Below are positions 7,548 through 16,575 of a stretch of 34,082 nt of DNA, one piece after another. The translations under genes and the position numbers were made by a program. The notes below the pieces were generated by a model, which ran no database searches, was not told the origin of the DNA, and saw only the letters and a list, made by a program, of their open reading frames with translations. The stretch spans positions 1-34,082 of the forward strand of contig JBEQBQ010000011.1 in NCBI GenBank assembly GCA_041639695.1, given 5' to 3'. Origin of the DNA: Candidatus Nanohaloarchaea archaeon (GTDB taxonomy: Archaea > Nanohalarchaeota > Nanosalinia > Nanosalinales > Nanosalinaceae). How positions within the stretch are numbered: position 1 is the stretch's first letter; every line of letters starts with the position of its first letter.

Positions 7548-10016
7548 ATGAAGAATATTGAAAGCATCGACTTTGGAATTCTGAGCTCGGAAAAAGTTCA
7601 GAGAATGGCCGTAAAGGAAATCACAAAGGCAGAGGTCTACGACGCAGACGGATATCCTGTAGAGGACGGAGTAATGGATCCTGCACTAGGAGTTATCGAT
7701 CCTGGTATGACCTGTCCAACAGACGGACAGAGAGCACGGGAGACGAACGGCCACTTCGGCATGATCACCCTTTCACGTCCCGTAGTACACGTACTTCACA
7801 ACAAGAAGGTCAGGAACCTTCTCAGGTTTACGTGCCACGAATGCCACACACTAGCAATCAAGGACGAGGACAAGTCTCTAAGAAAGTCCAACATGCCCAA
7901 GGAATGCCCTGAATGTGGAACAGAAACTGAGGACGTTGACCTAGACAAACCATACACTTACTACGATGAAGACGGTGAGGAGCTGAAGCCAGAAGATATT
8001 GAAGAGCGCTTCAAACAGATCAGCGACGAAGCCGCAGCCACACTAGGCGTTGAAGGCGGAAGACCTGAAGACCTTGTTATTTCACACCTTCCGGTACCGC
8101 CTGTAACCATGCGTCCTTCAATCACACTGGAGACAGGAGAGAGATCCGAGGACGACATCACGCACAAGCTTGTCGACATCATCAGAATTAACAAGCGACT
8201 TCAGAACAACATCGAGATCGAGGCACCGGACTTCATTATCGACGACCTGCACGAACTTCTGCAGTACCACGTTGCAACGCTTTTCTACAACGACATGAGC
8301 AACGTACCCCCGGCAAGACACAGATCCGGAAGAAGCCTTAAGTCCTTGATCGAAAGAGTGCAAGGAAAGGAAGGAAGATTTAGACAGAACCTTATCGGTA
8401 AACGTGTCAATTTCTCAGCAAGAACCGTTATCTCTCCCGACCCCAACATCGGGATCAACGAGGTAGGAATTCCTTACCATGTAGCGAAGAAGCTTACTAT
8501 CAAGCGGCAGGTCTCAGAAGACAATATTGACGACGTACAGGAATGGATTAAAAACGGTAAGGAAGAGCACCCTGGTGTTAACTACGTCTTCCAACCTGAC
8601 GGCAGAAGGAGAAGGGTAACCGAGGAGAACACGGAAGATCTTCTCGAAACCATAGAGCCTGGAGAAGGCTGGGAGGTCGAAAGACAACTGATAGACGGAG
8701 ATGTTGTTCTTTTCAACAGACAGCCTTCACTCCACAGAATGTCGATCATGGCACACAAGGTAAGAGTGCTGCCTTACAGAACTTTCAGAATCAACCCGAA
8801 CGTCTGTGCGCCTTACAACGCAGACTTCGACGGTGACGAGATGAACCTGCACGTTCCGCAGACGGAAGAAGCAAGAGCGGAAGCAGAAGAACTACTCAAG
8901 GTACAGGAGCACGTTAAGTCTCCTAAGACAGGAGGACCGATCATCGGCATGCTTCAGGACTACGTGTCAGGACTCTACCTGTTGACACAGGAAGATCTTG
9001 AGCTTTCCAGAGAGAAAGCGTTCAACCTTCTTGCAGAAGCAGGAGAACATGAGAAATCTCTTCCTGAAGGAGACACCATTACCGGTCGAGAACTTGTCTC
9101 GATCTTCATCCCTGACGACATTTCAATTACAATAAATGAGGGAGAAGAGAACGAGATCGTTATCAAGGAAGGAAAGCTTGAGAAAGGTGTTCTAGAAGAG
9201 GACGCCCTTTCCGATTACGGTGGAGAAATCATCCAGCAGCTCAAGATTGAGTACGGATCGGACAAAGTTGCTGAGTTCCTCAACAGAGTTTCTACGATCG
9301 GAGCAGTATTCCTAACACGTAGAGGATTCTCGATCTCGATCGACGACCTTGAAGTTCCAGACGAGGCAACTAACGAAATCAGAGGTCTTGTCGACCAGAC
9401 AGTTGAAGATGCAGAGGACGTAATCGAAGACTACCGTTCTGGAGAGATGGAACCGATCACAGGTAAAACCCTTGAGGAGACCAGAGAGATCAGAGTTACA
9501 CAGACACTGAACGAGGTCTTCACAGATATTGGTGAAATCATTAGAGACAACGTAGATGAAGAATCTTCTGCCTACATCATGGCAGACTCCGGAGCAAGAG
9601 GTTCTATGGAGAACGTTACAACTATGGCCGGTCTCTTGGGCCAGAACTCTGTACGTGACCAGAGAATCAACAGAGGATACAAAGAAAGAACTACTTCACA
9701 CTTCAAGCGTGGAGAGCTAAGTCCGAAGTCTAGAGGTTTCGTGGCATCAAGCATTCTGGAAGGACTTGACGCACAGGAGATGTTCTTCCACCAGATGTCC
9801 CAGAGGAAGGCACTGATGGACAAGTCGTTGCGTACGAAGACTTCGGGATACATGTATCGTAGACTATCGAACTCACTCCAGGACTTGACAGTAAGAGAAG
9901 ACCAGACGGTCCGGAACGCACAGGACGACATTATCCAGTTCCGTGCAGGAGAGGACGGAGTCGACCCACAGAAATCTGACAGAGGAATAATCTCCACGGA
10001 GATTGAGACCAACTAG
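7548..10016 (+). CDS. rpoA1: RNA polymerase subunit A' (Rpo1N)
   Basis: Catalytic YNADFDGDEMN, GKRVNFSARTVI, LFNRQPSLH, TSGYMYRRL. Confidence 0.98.
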   Translation: MKNIESIDFGILSSEKVQRMAVKEITKAEVYDADGYPVEDGVMDPALGVIDPGMTCPTDGQRARETNGHFGMITLSRPVVHVLHNKKVRNLLRFTCHECHTLAIKDEDKSLRKSNMPKECPECGTETEDVDLDKPYTYYDEDGEELKPEDIEERFKQISDEAAATLGVEGGRPEDLVISHLPVPPVTMRPSITLETGERSEDDITHKLVDIIRINKRLQNNIEIEAPDFIIDDLHELLQYHVATLFYNDMSNVPPARHRSGRSLKSLIERVQGKEGRFRQNLIGKRVNFSARTVISPDPNIGINEVGIPYHVAKKLTIKRQVSEDNIDDVQEWIKNGKEEHPGVNYVFQPDGRRRRVTEENTEDLLETIEPGEGWEVERQLIDGDVVLFNRQPSLHRMSIMAHKVRVLPYRTFRINPNVCAPYNADFDGDEMNLHVPQTEEARAEAEELLKVQEHVKSPKTGGPIIGMLQDYVSGLYLLTQEDLELSREKAFNLLAEAGEHEKSLPEGDTITGRELVSIFIPDDISITINEGEENEIVIKEGKLEKGVLEEDALSDYGGEIIQQLKIEYGSDKVAEFLNRVSTIGAVFLTRRGFSISIDDLEVPDEATNEIRGLVDQTVEDAEDVIEDYRSGEMEPITGKTLEETREIRVTQTLNEVFTDIGEIIRDNVDEESSAYIMADSGARGSMENVTTMAGLLGQNSVRDQRINRGYKERTTSHFKRGELSPKSRGFVASSILEGLDAQEMFFHQMSQRKALMDKSLRTKTSGYMYRRLSNSLQDLTVREDQTVRNAQDDIIQFRAGEDGVDPQKSDRGIISTEIETN

Positions 10017-10029
10017 AGGTGAGCCAAGA

Positions 10030-11148
10030 ATGACAGACAACAAGATTACATGGAAGGAAAGAGCCGAAAACCTGCCTGAAAACTACGAAAGCAGGGCTGA
10101 TTCGGACGAAGAGAAGGAAAAGCTCAAAGAACGTTACAGGCAGATGCAGTACGAGCCAGGAGAATCTATCGGTATCGTCGCTGCAGAGTCACTTGGTGAA
10201 CCTGCCACACAGCTTACTATGGAGACCTACCACGCAGCTGGTGCAGCACAGGTCTCGCTTACCGCCGGACTCCCAAGACTAGAGGAGATCGTTGACGCTA
10301 GGCGTAACCCTAAGACACCGGCGATGGATGTTTACCTCCACGAAGACTACAACTCTGAAGAGGAGGCGAAGAAGGTTGCAAGAAAGCTTAGAGAGGTTAA
10401 GTTCGGCGACCTAATCAAGAAAGACACACTCGACATCATGCAGCTCGAGGTAGAGTACGAACTGAACAAAGATCTTCTCGATGACTATGATGTAGACCTT
10501 GAAGATGTCAGATCCCGTATCAAAGAGAAGGCGAAGAGAGCAAAGATCTCAACTGAAGGAGACACCAAACTTGTCCTGACCTCCACAGAGGACGACTACG
10601 ACCTCAGAGATCTGAAGGACTTGAAGACAAAGTCTGAAGACGCAAGAATCAAGGGAATCAAAGGGATCGAACAGGTTGTTGTCAACGAACAGGACGATGA
10701 ATGGAGACTACAGACAGCAGGCACCTCTCTTAGAAAGACACTGAAGATCAAGGAAGTTGATGAGAACAGAACCATTTCAAACGATCTTTACGAGATCAAA
10801 TCAGTTCTGGGTGTGGAAGCACTGAGAAAAAGGATTATCTCCGAGATCAACGATACTCTAGATGCCCAGGGTATCGGCGTAGATAACAGACACATCATGC
10901 TTCTTGCAGACATGATGACGAAGGAAGGAGAGCTTAACGGAACCACAAGATATGGAATTGTGGGTAACAAGGATTCGATCCTTGCAAGATCTGCGTTCGA
11001 GGAGACGAAGAAACACCTTACAACCGGTTCTCTCAGAGGAGAGAAGGACGATCTCGAGGGAATCAACGAAAATCTAATGGTAGGTCAAGCGGTACCAGCC
11101 GGAACCGGTCTAATCGACCTAAAGCCGGGGTTCAGCGAGGATGAATGA
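10030..11148 (+). CDS. rpoA2: RNA polymerase subunit A'' (Rpo1C)
   Basis: GEPATQLTM, GLPRLEEIVDAR, RHIMLLADMMT, ARSAFEET, GTG; SD GAGGTGA before ATG 10030. Confidence 0.97.
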   Translation: MTDNKITWKERAENLPENYESRADSDEEKEKLKERYRQMQYEPGESIGIVAAESLGEPATQLTMETYHAAGAAQVSLTAGLPRLEEIVDARRNPKTPAMDVYLHEDYNSEEEAKKVARKLREVKFGDLIKKDTLDIMQLEVEYELNKDLLDDYDVDLEDVRSRIKEKAKRAKISTEGDTKLVLTSTEDDYDLRDLKDLKTKSEDARIKGIKGIEQVVVNEQDDEWRLQTAGTSLRKTLKIKEVDENRTISNDLYEIKSVLGVEALRKRIISEINDTLDAQGIGVDNRHIMLLADMMTKEGELNGTTRYGIVGNKDSILARSAFEETKKHLTTGSLRGEKDDLEGINENLMVGQAVPAGTGLIDLKPGFSEDE

Positions 11149-11228
11149 GCTGAACCAGGTAATGGTTTATAAAAGCTGGGCCCGTATCTAAACCTACAAA
11201 CTTCACATATTTCTAGAGGATACAACAC

Positions 11229-11648
11229 ATGGCAACAGTAACATACGACACCGAAAACATCCGAGCGATGAGCCTTTTCGAATCCATTACAGGAGTCGAA
11301 GCCAGGGACGTCATCCTAGAAGACGATGAAGCATACTTCATCGTACCGGAAGGAAAGGCAGGAATGGCAATCGGAAAAGGCGGAAAAGTAGTCAAGAAAG
11401 TACAGAACAACCTAGGTAAAAACGTCAAAGTATACGAATACAGCGACAACCTAGGCAAATTCCTCAACAACATCGTGCCTGTCAATCTTAGAGGCGTAGA
11501 TATTGAGGATGAAGACTTGAAAGAAGTAGAGATTTCCGTTGCAAGGGACAAGAAAGGCAGAGTCGTCGGAAAGAACGGTGACAAAATTGACTCGATCCGT
11601 GACATTCTACAGAGAACTCACGGAGTCGACGAAGTAACAGTAGAATAA
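11229..11648 (+). CDS. nusA: Archaeal NusA (KH-domain) transcription factor
   Basis: Two KH GxxG motifs (AIGKGG, VVGKNG); canonical position after rpoA''. Confidence 0.95.
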   Translation: MATVTYDTENIRAMSLFESITGVEARDVILEDDEAYFIVPEGKAGMAIGKGGKVVKKVQNNLGKNVKVYEYSDNLGKFLNNIVPVNLRGVDIEDEDLKEVEISVARDKKGRVVGKNGDKIDSIRDILQRTHGVDEVTVE

Positions 11649-11682
11649 GACGTAAAAGAAGCGGTCTTCTTCTAAAACTTCT

Positions 11683-11988
11683 ATGGAAGATTCCGCACGC
11701 TTCTGTCCTAACTGCGGCTCAATCCGAGTAGAGCCCGACACATCCCGGAGCAACGTTATAGGGATGGCAATCGGCAACCCGGATAGATGGGTATGCCGTA
11801 AATGTGGCTATGCCGGCATAATGCCTACAGGGGACCCGGAAAAAGGTTTTTCAGATGGAGACCTAGACTTCGAGCCTTCAGAAGAGCATACTCAACAGGA
11901 TTTCAGCACGGGTCGAGCCTACTTCAAGTACTTCTTCTACATAACCTTACCCGTTCTAGTAATCTATTTCCTGTATCTTCAGCTGTGA
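11683..11988 (+). CDS. Zinc-ribbon protein with C-terminal membrane anchor
   Basis: CPNCG...CRKCG and C-terminal YFFYITLPVLVIYFLYL. Confidence 0.8.
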   Translation: MEDSARFCPNCGSIRVEPDTSRSNVIGMAIGNPDRWVCRKCGYAGIMPTGDPEKGFSDGDLDFEPSEEHTQQDFSTGRAYFKYFFYITLPVLVIYFLYLQL

Positions 11989-12018
11989 CTTTTATTCAAG
12001 CTAAACCAATCAGGAAGT

Positions 12019-13575
12019 ATGCCCGGTAAGATAGAGGAAATGGAAAGGTTCGAACACATTCTCAAAGTTTTGGCAGAAGAAGGTTTCGGATCGTTACTTG
12101 ACAAGATGGATTTAATGCATCACGTGCCTCTAGCAAGAAAGATGTCGACAAATAACAGAAAATCGGGCCCTGAGAGACTGAAAGAGACCTTTGAGCAGCT
12201 TGGACCTGCTTTCATCAAGTTCGGGCAGATAATGTCCGAAAGACCTGATATAATCCCTGAAAACTATACTAAAGAGCTGGAGAAGCTTGAGGACTCAGCA
12301 CCAAAGGTAGACTTTAATGATATAGAGAGAACTGTAGAGGAAGAAATCGGACTGGAAGAATTCGATAGATTCGAAGAAGAGCCTATTGCCTCAGCTTCTA
12401 TAGCCCAAGTACACGAAGCGATTCTGGACGGCGAGAAAGTAGCTGTCAAGGTAAGAAGACCTGACATCGAGAGACGAATGGAGGAAGACCTACGTATCAT
12501 CCGGTTCCTTGCGGCAAAGGCAGACAAACACCTCGATATAGGAGGAAACATGTTGAGGAAGGAGGCTGAAGAGTTCGCTGACTGGACCAGAAAAGAGCTG
12601 GACTTTGAGAAAGAAGCAAGAAATATTGAAAGATTCCAGGAAAACCTGAAGGATGAAGAAAATATCTGTGTTCCAGATGTCTACAAAGATATTTCCACAA
12701 GAAAAGTCCTGGTTATGGAGTATATTGATGCGGTCAAATGTGACGATACCGCGGCCATGAGAGAACTGGATGTCGATCAAGAAGAGATCGCAAAGACAGG
12801 TTTACGTTCCTTCTTGAAGCAGCTTCTGCGTGACGGTTTTATCCACGTTGACCCTCATCCTTCGAACTTCATGGTGAAAAGCTCCGGAGAACTTGTCTAC
12901 CTTGACTTCGGTATGATGGCGGATATATCGCCTTCGATGCAGAAAGATATCGGGATGCTGATGCTTCACACTTACGAAGAGGATGTTGACGGCGTGATGA
13001 ATACGATTACCCGTATGTCTACAACAGAAGATGATGCCGACCTTGAGTCCTTGAGAAAGGACGTCGAGAGAATGGTTGTCGATTTGAGAGGCGCCAAACT
13101 CAAGGAGGCCAGTATCTCTACAACCTTAATGCAGCTTGCAAAGTCTGCCGCCGACTACGGAGTCTACCTGCCTACAAGATTTGTTTTAATCGGCAAAGGC
13201 CTGGTTACTATGGAAGGCATAGGATTAAAGATCTATCCAGACTTCGAGTTCGATGAGGAGTACCAGCAAATAGTTGAAGAAGAGTTAATAGAGAGTTCTG
13301 GCGACCCCAAGGAACTCAGCAAGTCTTTCGGTCTCAACTTAGTTGAAAACAAGGATCTGATGACCGAGCTACCCGGAAAACTGAACAAGGCGTTGGAGCA
13401 GGCAGGAAAACCGACCAGGGTAGAGATCGAACAGCAGAAAAACAACTTAGTAGTCCCCTCTCTGATTATAGGATCTGCAATAGTTCTCTCAAGTTCCATG
13501 AAAAACAGGATGGCGGTAGGGCTCGGACTGCTTGGACTCGGGTACGCCTCTTATCTCTACATGGAAGAACAATAG
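12019..13575 (+). CDS. UbiB/AarF/ABC1 atypical protein kinase-like ATPase
   Basis: KxGQ (IKFGQ), A-rich loop ASASIAQVH, VAVK, HVDPHPSN, DFG; hydrophobic C-terminal helices. Confidence 0.93.
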   Translation: MPGKIEEMERFEHILKVLAEEGFGSLLDKMDLMHHVPLARKMSTNNRKSGPERLKETFEQLGPAFIKFGQIMSERPDIIPENYTKELEKLEDSAPKVDFNDIERTVEEEIGLEEFDRFEEEPIASASIAQVHEAILDGEKVAVKVRRPDIERRMEEDLRIIRFLAAKADKHLDIGGNMLRKEAEEFADWTRKELDFEKEARNIERFQENLKDEENICVPDVYKDISTRKVLVMEYIDAVKCDDTAAMRELDVDQEEIAKTGLRSFLKQLLRDGFIHVDPHPSNFMVKSSGELVYLDFGMMADISPSMQKDIGMLMLHTYEEDVDGVMNTITRMSTTEDDADLESLRKDVERMVVDLRGAKLKEASISTTLMQLAKSAADYGVYLPTRFVLIGKGLVTMEGIGLKIYPDFEFDEEYQQIVEEELIESSGDPKELSKSFGLNLVENKDLMTELPGKLNKALEQAGKPTRVEIEQQKNNLVVPSLIIGSAIVLSSSMKNRMAVGLGLLGLGYASYLYMEEQ

Positions 13576-13606
13576 CTTTATCCGTAAAGCTTCCTGCATC
13601 TTGATT

Positions 13607-14752
13607 ATGTCTAATCCTTACGCGGACAGATTCAGGGAAGACGATGAGGAAGAAAGAGAGATACAGGAAGACGTTGAAGAGAAAGAACAGAAACTGAAAG
13701 CTTACGAAGACGATATTGAAGATAAAGAAGAAACAGTTGAGAGGGAAGAGAAGAACCATGAGAACCCTGAGAAAGTAGCTCAACAGGAGTACCAGATCGA
13801 CCAAGAACTGGAGTCTGCCGAAGAACTGGCACAACAAATTCTCAAAGAAATTAAGGAAGAACTGGGCCTAAATCTTGAGGAAGAGCAAATCCTTGAAAGC
13901 GAGGAAGAGGATTTAAATCAAGAGCTTTCCGACGCTGCCGAGAAACTCTGGGAGCTCGCACAGGAACTTGAGAAAGATCTTAAACCCGACAATAACAGAA
14001 AATTTGATTTCAACTCATTCTCGAACAGGCTTGAATCAGCACTGGAAGAGGTAGAGGACGGACTCAGAAAAAGCAGGGAGATTGTACAAGAGCTTGAAGA
14101 ACTTGTATCGGAGCTGGAGGAAGTTGAGAAAGAGGAGACCCAGATATGGCAGGAACTTGAAGAGGAAGAAGTAGAGGTAGAGCATGCAGAGGAAGAGGTA
14201 AAAGCTGAGGCAGAGGAAAGTAGGAGAGCCTCTGATTCAAAAGCTTTCGATGAGGCCAAACAGGAGAACCAGATGGTCTCAAAGCTAGAAGCTATGCAAC
14301 AGAAAAACGAACAGTTCAATATTGAACTTGAAACACAGCTTGAGACAGAGATAACCAGATTGGAACAGTTAGCTCAGCAGATGGATACAATCATACAGTC
14401 AAAGATGGGTAGCCGTCAAAGAGAGACAGGGATAATGCACAGCCTCGATATCATCCACGAGGAACTTACCCAACTAGCAGGAAGACAGAACCGTAGGATG
14501 AAAAGCAAGATCAAGCAGCTTCTAGAAAGAGTCGAGGAGGTTTTCCAAGAAATTCAGAGAATCGAGGGAGAGGAGGAAGAGGAACTGAAGAAGCTTGACC
14601 GTGAGATAGAGAAAACAGAGTCACAGAACTCGAAATTGATGAAGGCGTCAAATGCCGCAAAGAAGGCAGGAGGCGGAGTCAAAGCCGTTGCCACCATAGT
14701 GATTATTATCGGGATAATAGGGGTCATGCTTTCTCAAGTTGTTCTCCGCTAA
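13607..14752 (+). CDS. Glu-rich coiled-coil protein with a single C-terminal TM (tail-anchored)
   Basis: Heptad-like E/L/Q-rich sequence, no signal peptide, terminal VATIVIIIGIIGVMLSQVVL. Start placed at ATG 13607. Confidence 0.85.
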   Translation: MSNPYADRFREDDEEEREIQEDVEEKEQKLKAYEDDIEDKEETVEREEKNHENPEKVAQQEYQIDQELESAEELAQQILKEIKEELGLNLEEEQILESEEEDLNQELSDAAEKLWELAQELEKDLKPDNNRKFDFNSFSNRLESALEEVEDGLRKSREIVQELEELVSELEEVEKEETQIWQELEEEEVEVEHAEEEVKAEAEESRRASDSKAFDEAKQENQMVSKLEAMQQKNEQFNIELETQLETEITRLEQLAQQMDTIIQSKMGSRQRETGIMHSLDIIHEELTQLAGRQNRRMKSKIKQLLERVEEVFQEIQRIEGEEEEELKKLDREIEKTESQNSKLMKASNAAKKAGGGVKAVATIVIIIGIIGVMLSQVVLR

Positions 14753-14791
14753 CCAACCCTGTATAAAAAGGTTAACTTCAACTTCTGCCAT

Positions 14792-15214
14792 ATGGGTTTG
14801 TACAACGCGCGCAAAGTTAGAAAGAAGCGGCAACAGTACCGCTGGAGCGACATCGACTACAAAAGAAGAATGAACAACCTGAAGGAGAAATCCGACCCTT
14901 TGGAAGGATCCCCTCAGGGAAGAGGAATCGTACTAGAAAAAAGAGGTATCGAGGCAAAGCAGCCTAACTCCGCTATCCGTAAATGTGTGCGTGTACAGTT
15001 GATCAAAAACGGTAAACAACTAACAGCTTTCGTTCCTGGCGACCAGGCAATCGACCACATCGACGAGCACGATGAAGTGCTTATCGAAGGTATCGGAGGA
15101 GCAGACTCCGGACCGAAGGGAGACATTCCAACAGTCAGATACAAAGTAATCAAGGTAAACGGCGTATCCTTGGAAGAACTAGTCGAAGGAAACCAGCAGA
15201 AGCCAACACGGTGA
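14792..15214 (+). CDS. rps12: 30S ribosomal protein uS12
   Basis: [26 protein letters not shown]. Confidence 0.98.
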   Translation: MGLYNARKVRKKRQQYRWSDIDYKRRMNNLKEKSDPLEGSPQGRGIVLEKRGIEAKQPNSAIRKCVRVQLIKNGKQLTAFVPGDQAIDHIDEHDEVLIEGIGGADSGPKGDIPTVRYKVIKVNGVSLEELVEGNQQKPTR

Positions 15215-15220
15215 TTTAAG

Positions 15221-15847
15221 ATGAGCGACGCAGCAACACTAGACCTAGAAGATGAACTTCTCACCATGGGAAGATGGGACGCATCAGAAGTCGAAGTTGA
15301 AGATGACGGACTTGTAAGATACATTAACCTCGACAACATCCTCGCGCCAAGAAGCAAAGGAAGACACACTGAAAGACAGTTCTACAAGGCAGATGTTCCG
15401 ATCGTAGAGCGTTTGATGACAAGGCTTCAGGTCGCAGGACACAGAGGAAAGAAACACTACATCACTTCCGGCCACAACACCGGATCAGCTGAATCGATCT
15501 GGAACATGATTGAAGAAGCGTTCGAGATAATCGAAGACGAGACCGGAGAGAACCCAATCCAAGTACTAGTTAACGGGATCGAGAACTCTGCACCTGCAGA
15601 AGAAGTCGTTACATACCAGAGAGGTGGCGCAAGAGCCAGGAAAGCAGTACTGGTCTCACCTCAGAGAAGAGTTGATCTAGCTCTGAGACTTCTCGGTCAG
15701 GGCGCATACGAGAAAAGACTTGCTGAAGGAAACGACGCAGCAAACGTTCTCGCGAACGAGATTATTCTTGCAGCGAACGGCGATGACGACGCTCGCTGTG
15801 TAAGAGAGAAGCAGAGAAGAGAAAGAGAGGCAGAGGGCGCACGTTAA
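15221..15847 (+). CDS. rps7: 30S ribosomal protein uS7
   Basis: PIVERL, NPIQVLV, SPQRRVDLAL. Confidence 0.97.
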   Translation: MSDAATLDLEDELLTMGRWDASEVEVEDDGLVRYINLDNILAPRSKGRHTERQFYKADVPIVERLMTRLQVAGHRGKKHYITSGHNTGSAESIWNMIEEAFEIIEDETGENPIQVLVNGIENSAPAEEVVTYQRGGARARKAVLVSPQRRVDLALRLLGQGAYEKRLAEGNDAANVLANEIILAANGDDDARCVREKQRREREAEGAR

Positions 15848-15854
15848 AGCCCTT

Positions 15855-15890
15855 CTCCTCAAATTTTTCTCCAAAATTTTTCTTTTTACA
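15855..15890 (+). terminator. Oligo-T terminator-like tract after rps7
   Basis: Tandem AAATTTTTCT units followed by TTTTT. Confidence 0.5.
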
Positions 15891-15930
15891 GAGCCTACTA
15901 ACTTAACTCTTCAGACCTAAGCTGTTACTG

Positions 15931-16509
15931 ATGTTCGAGGACTATGTCCACAAGAACAGAGGTTTCTTCCGCGAAGTAGGGGTTGACCCTATGGAGAGAA
16001 GGGATAGAATTGAAAACGGCGAGCTAGGCGTGAAGACTGCGGTCTCGGCTTTGGCCTCTAGTTTTGAAAAATTACCTGAATTCGATGACCAGCTCAATTT
16101 TAATATACACAACTTGATGCTGTATCTAGATGCAGCTCATGACGAGATTGAGGGCGAGCCACTTACAGAGGCAGTTTATCGCCCGGTTCTAAACGAAATG
16201 TACTCTCCCGATGTTAGGAAGGCCTACAAAGACCTGGTGGAGGAGTCGGAAAATACTGTTACGGGATGGGTTTTTCAGGAGGGGCTAACAAAAACTGAAA
16301 TCCTGAAAGGTCCGGTAAAGGCTTATAGAGATCCTGAAGTTGAGGATTTTGTGTTCGAAACACTTGATAGCCTTGAGGAAAGATTGGAGCGAAGAAGTCT
16401 TGACCTTGAGACTGTGATAAGAGGCAGCGACTACCATCAAGACTACGTTATAGGAGAACCTGTGGAGATAAATGGCTCGGTAGAATCCAACTCCGAGATC
16501 GTCTTCTAA
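15931..16509 (+). CDS. Hypothetical protein inserted between rps7 and EF-2
   Basis: 192-aa acidic ORF filling the gap; no motif recognised. Confidence 0.75.
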   Translation: MFEDYVHKNRGFFREVGVDPMERRDRIENGELGVKTAVSALASSFEKLPEFDDQLNFNIHNLMLYLDAAHDEIEGEPLTEAVYRPVLNEMYSPDVRKAYKDLVEESENTVTGWVFQEGLTKTEILKGPVKAYRDPEVEDFVFETLDSLEERLERRSLDLETVIRGSDYHQDYVIGEPVEINGSVESNSEIVF

Positions 16510-16575
16510 CCTAATTATCCTTTTTTAAAACTTGGAACTTCTTTCTCTAACATATAACCTGAGGTTATACTAAAA

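Noticed and set aside
10003-10029. Upstream extension of rpoA'' (similarly the track starts at 2249, 13532, 30407 and 32047)
   Set aside because: These overlap neighbouring genes or promoters; SD or TATA spacing favours the downstream ATGs.
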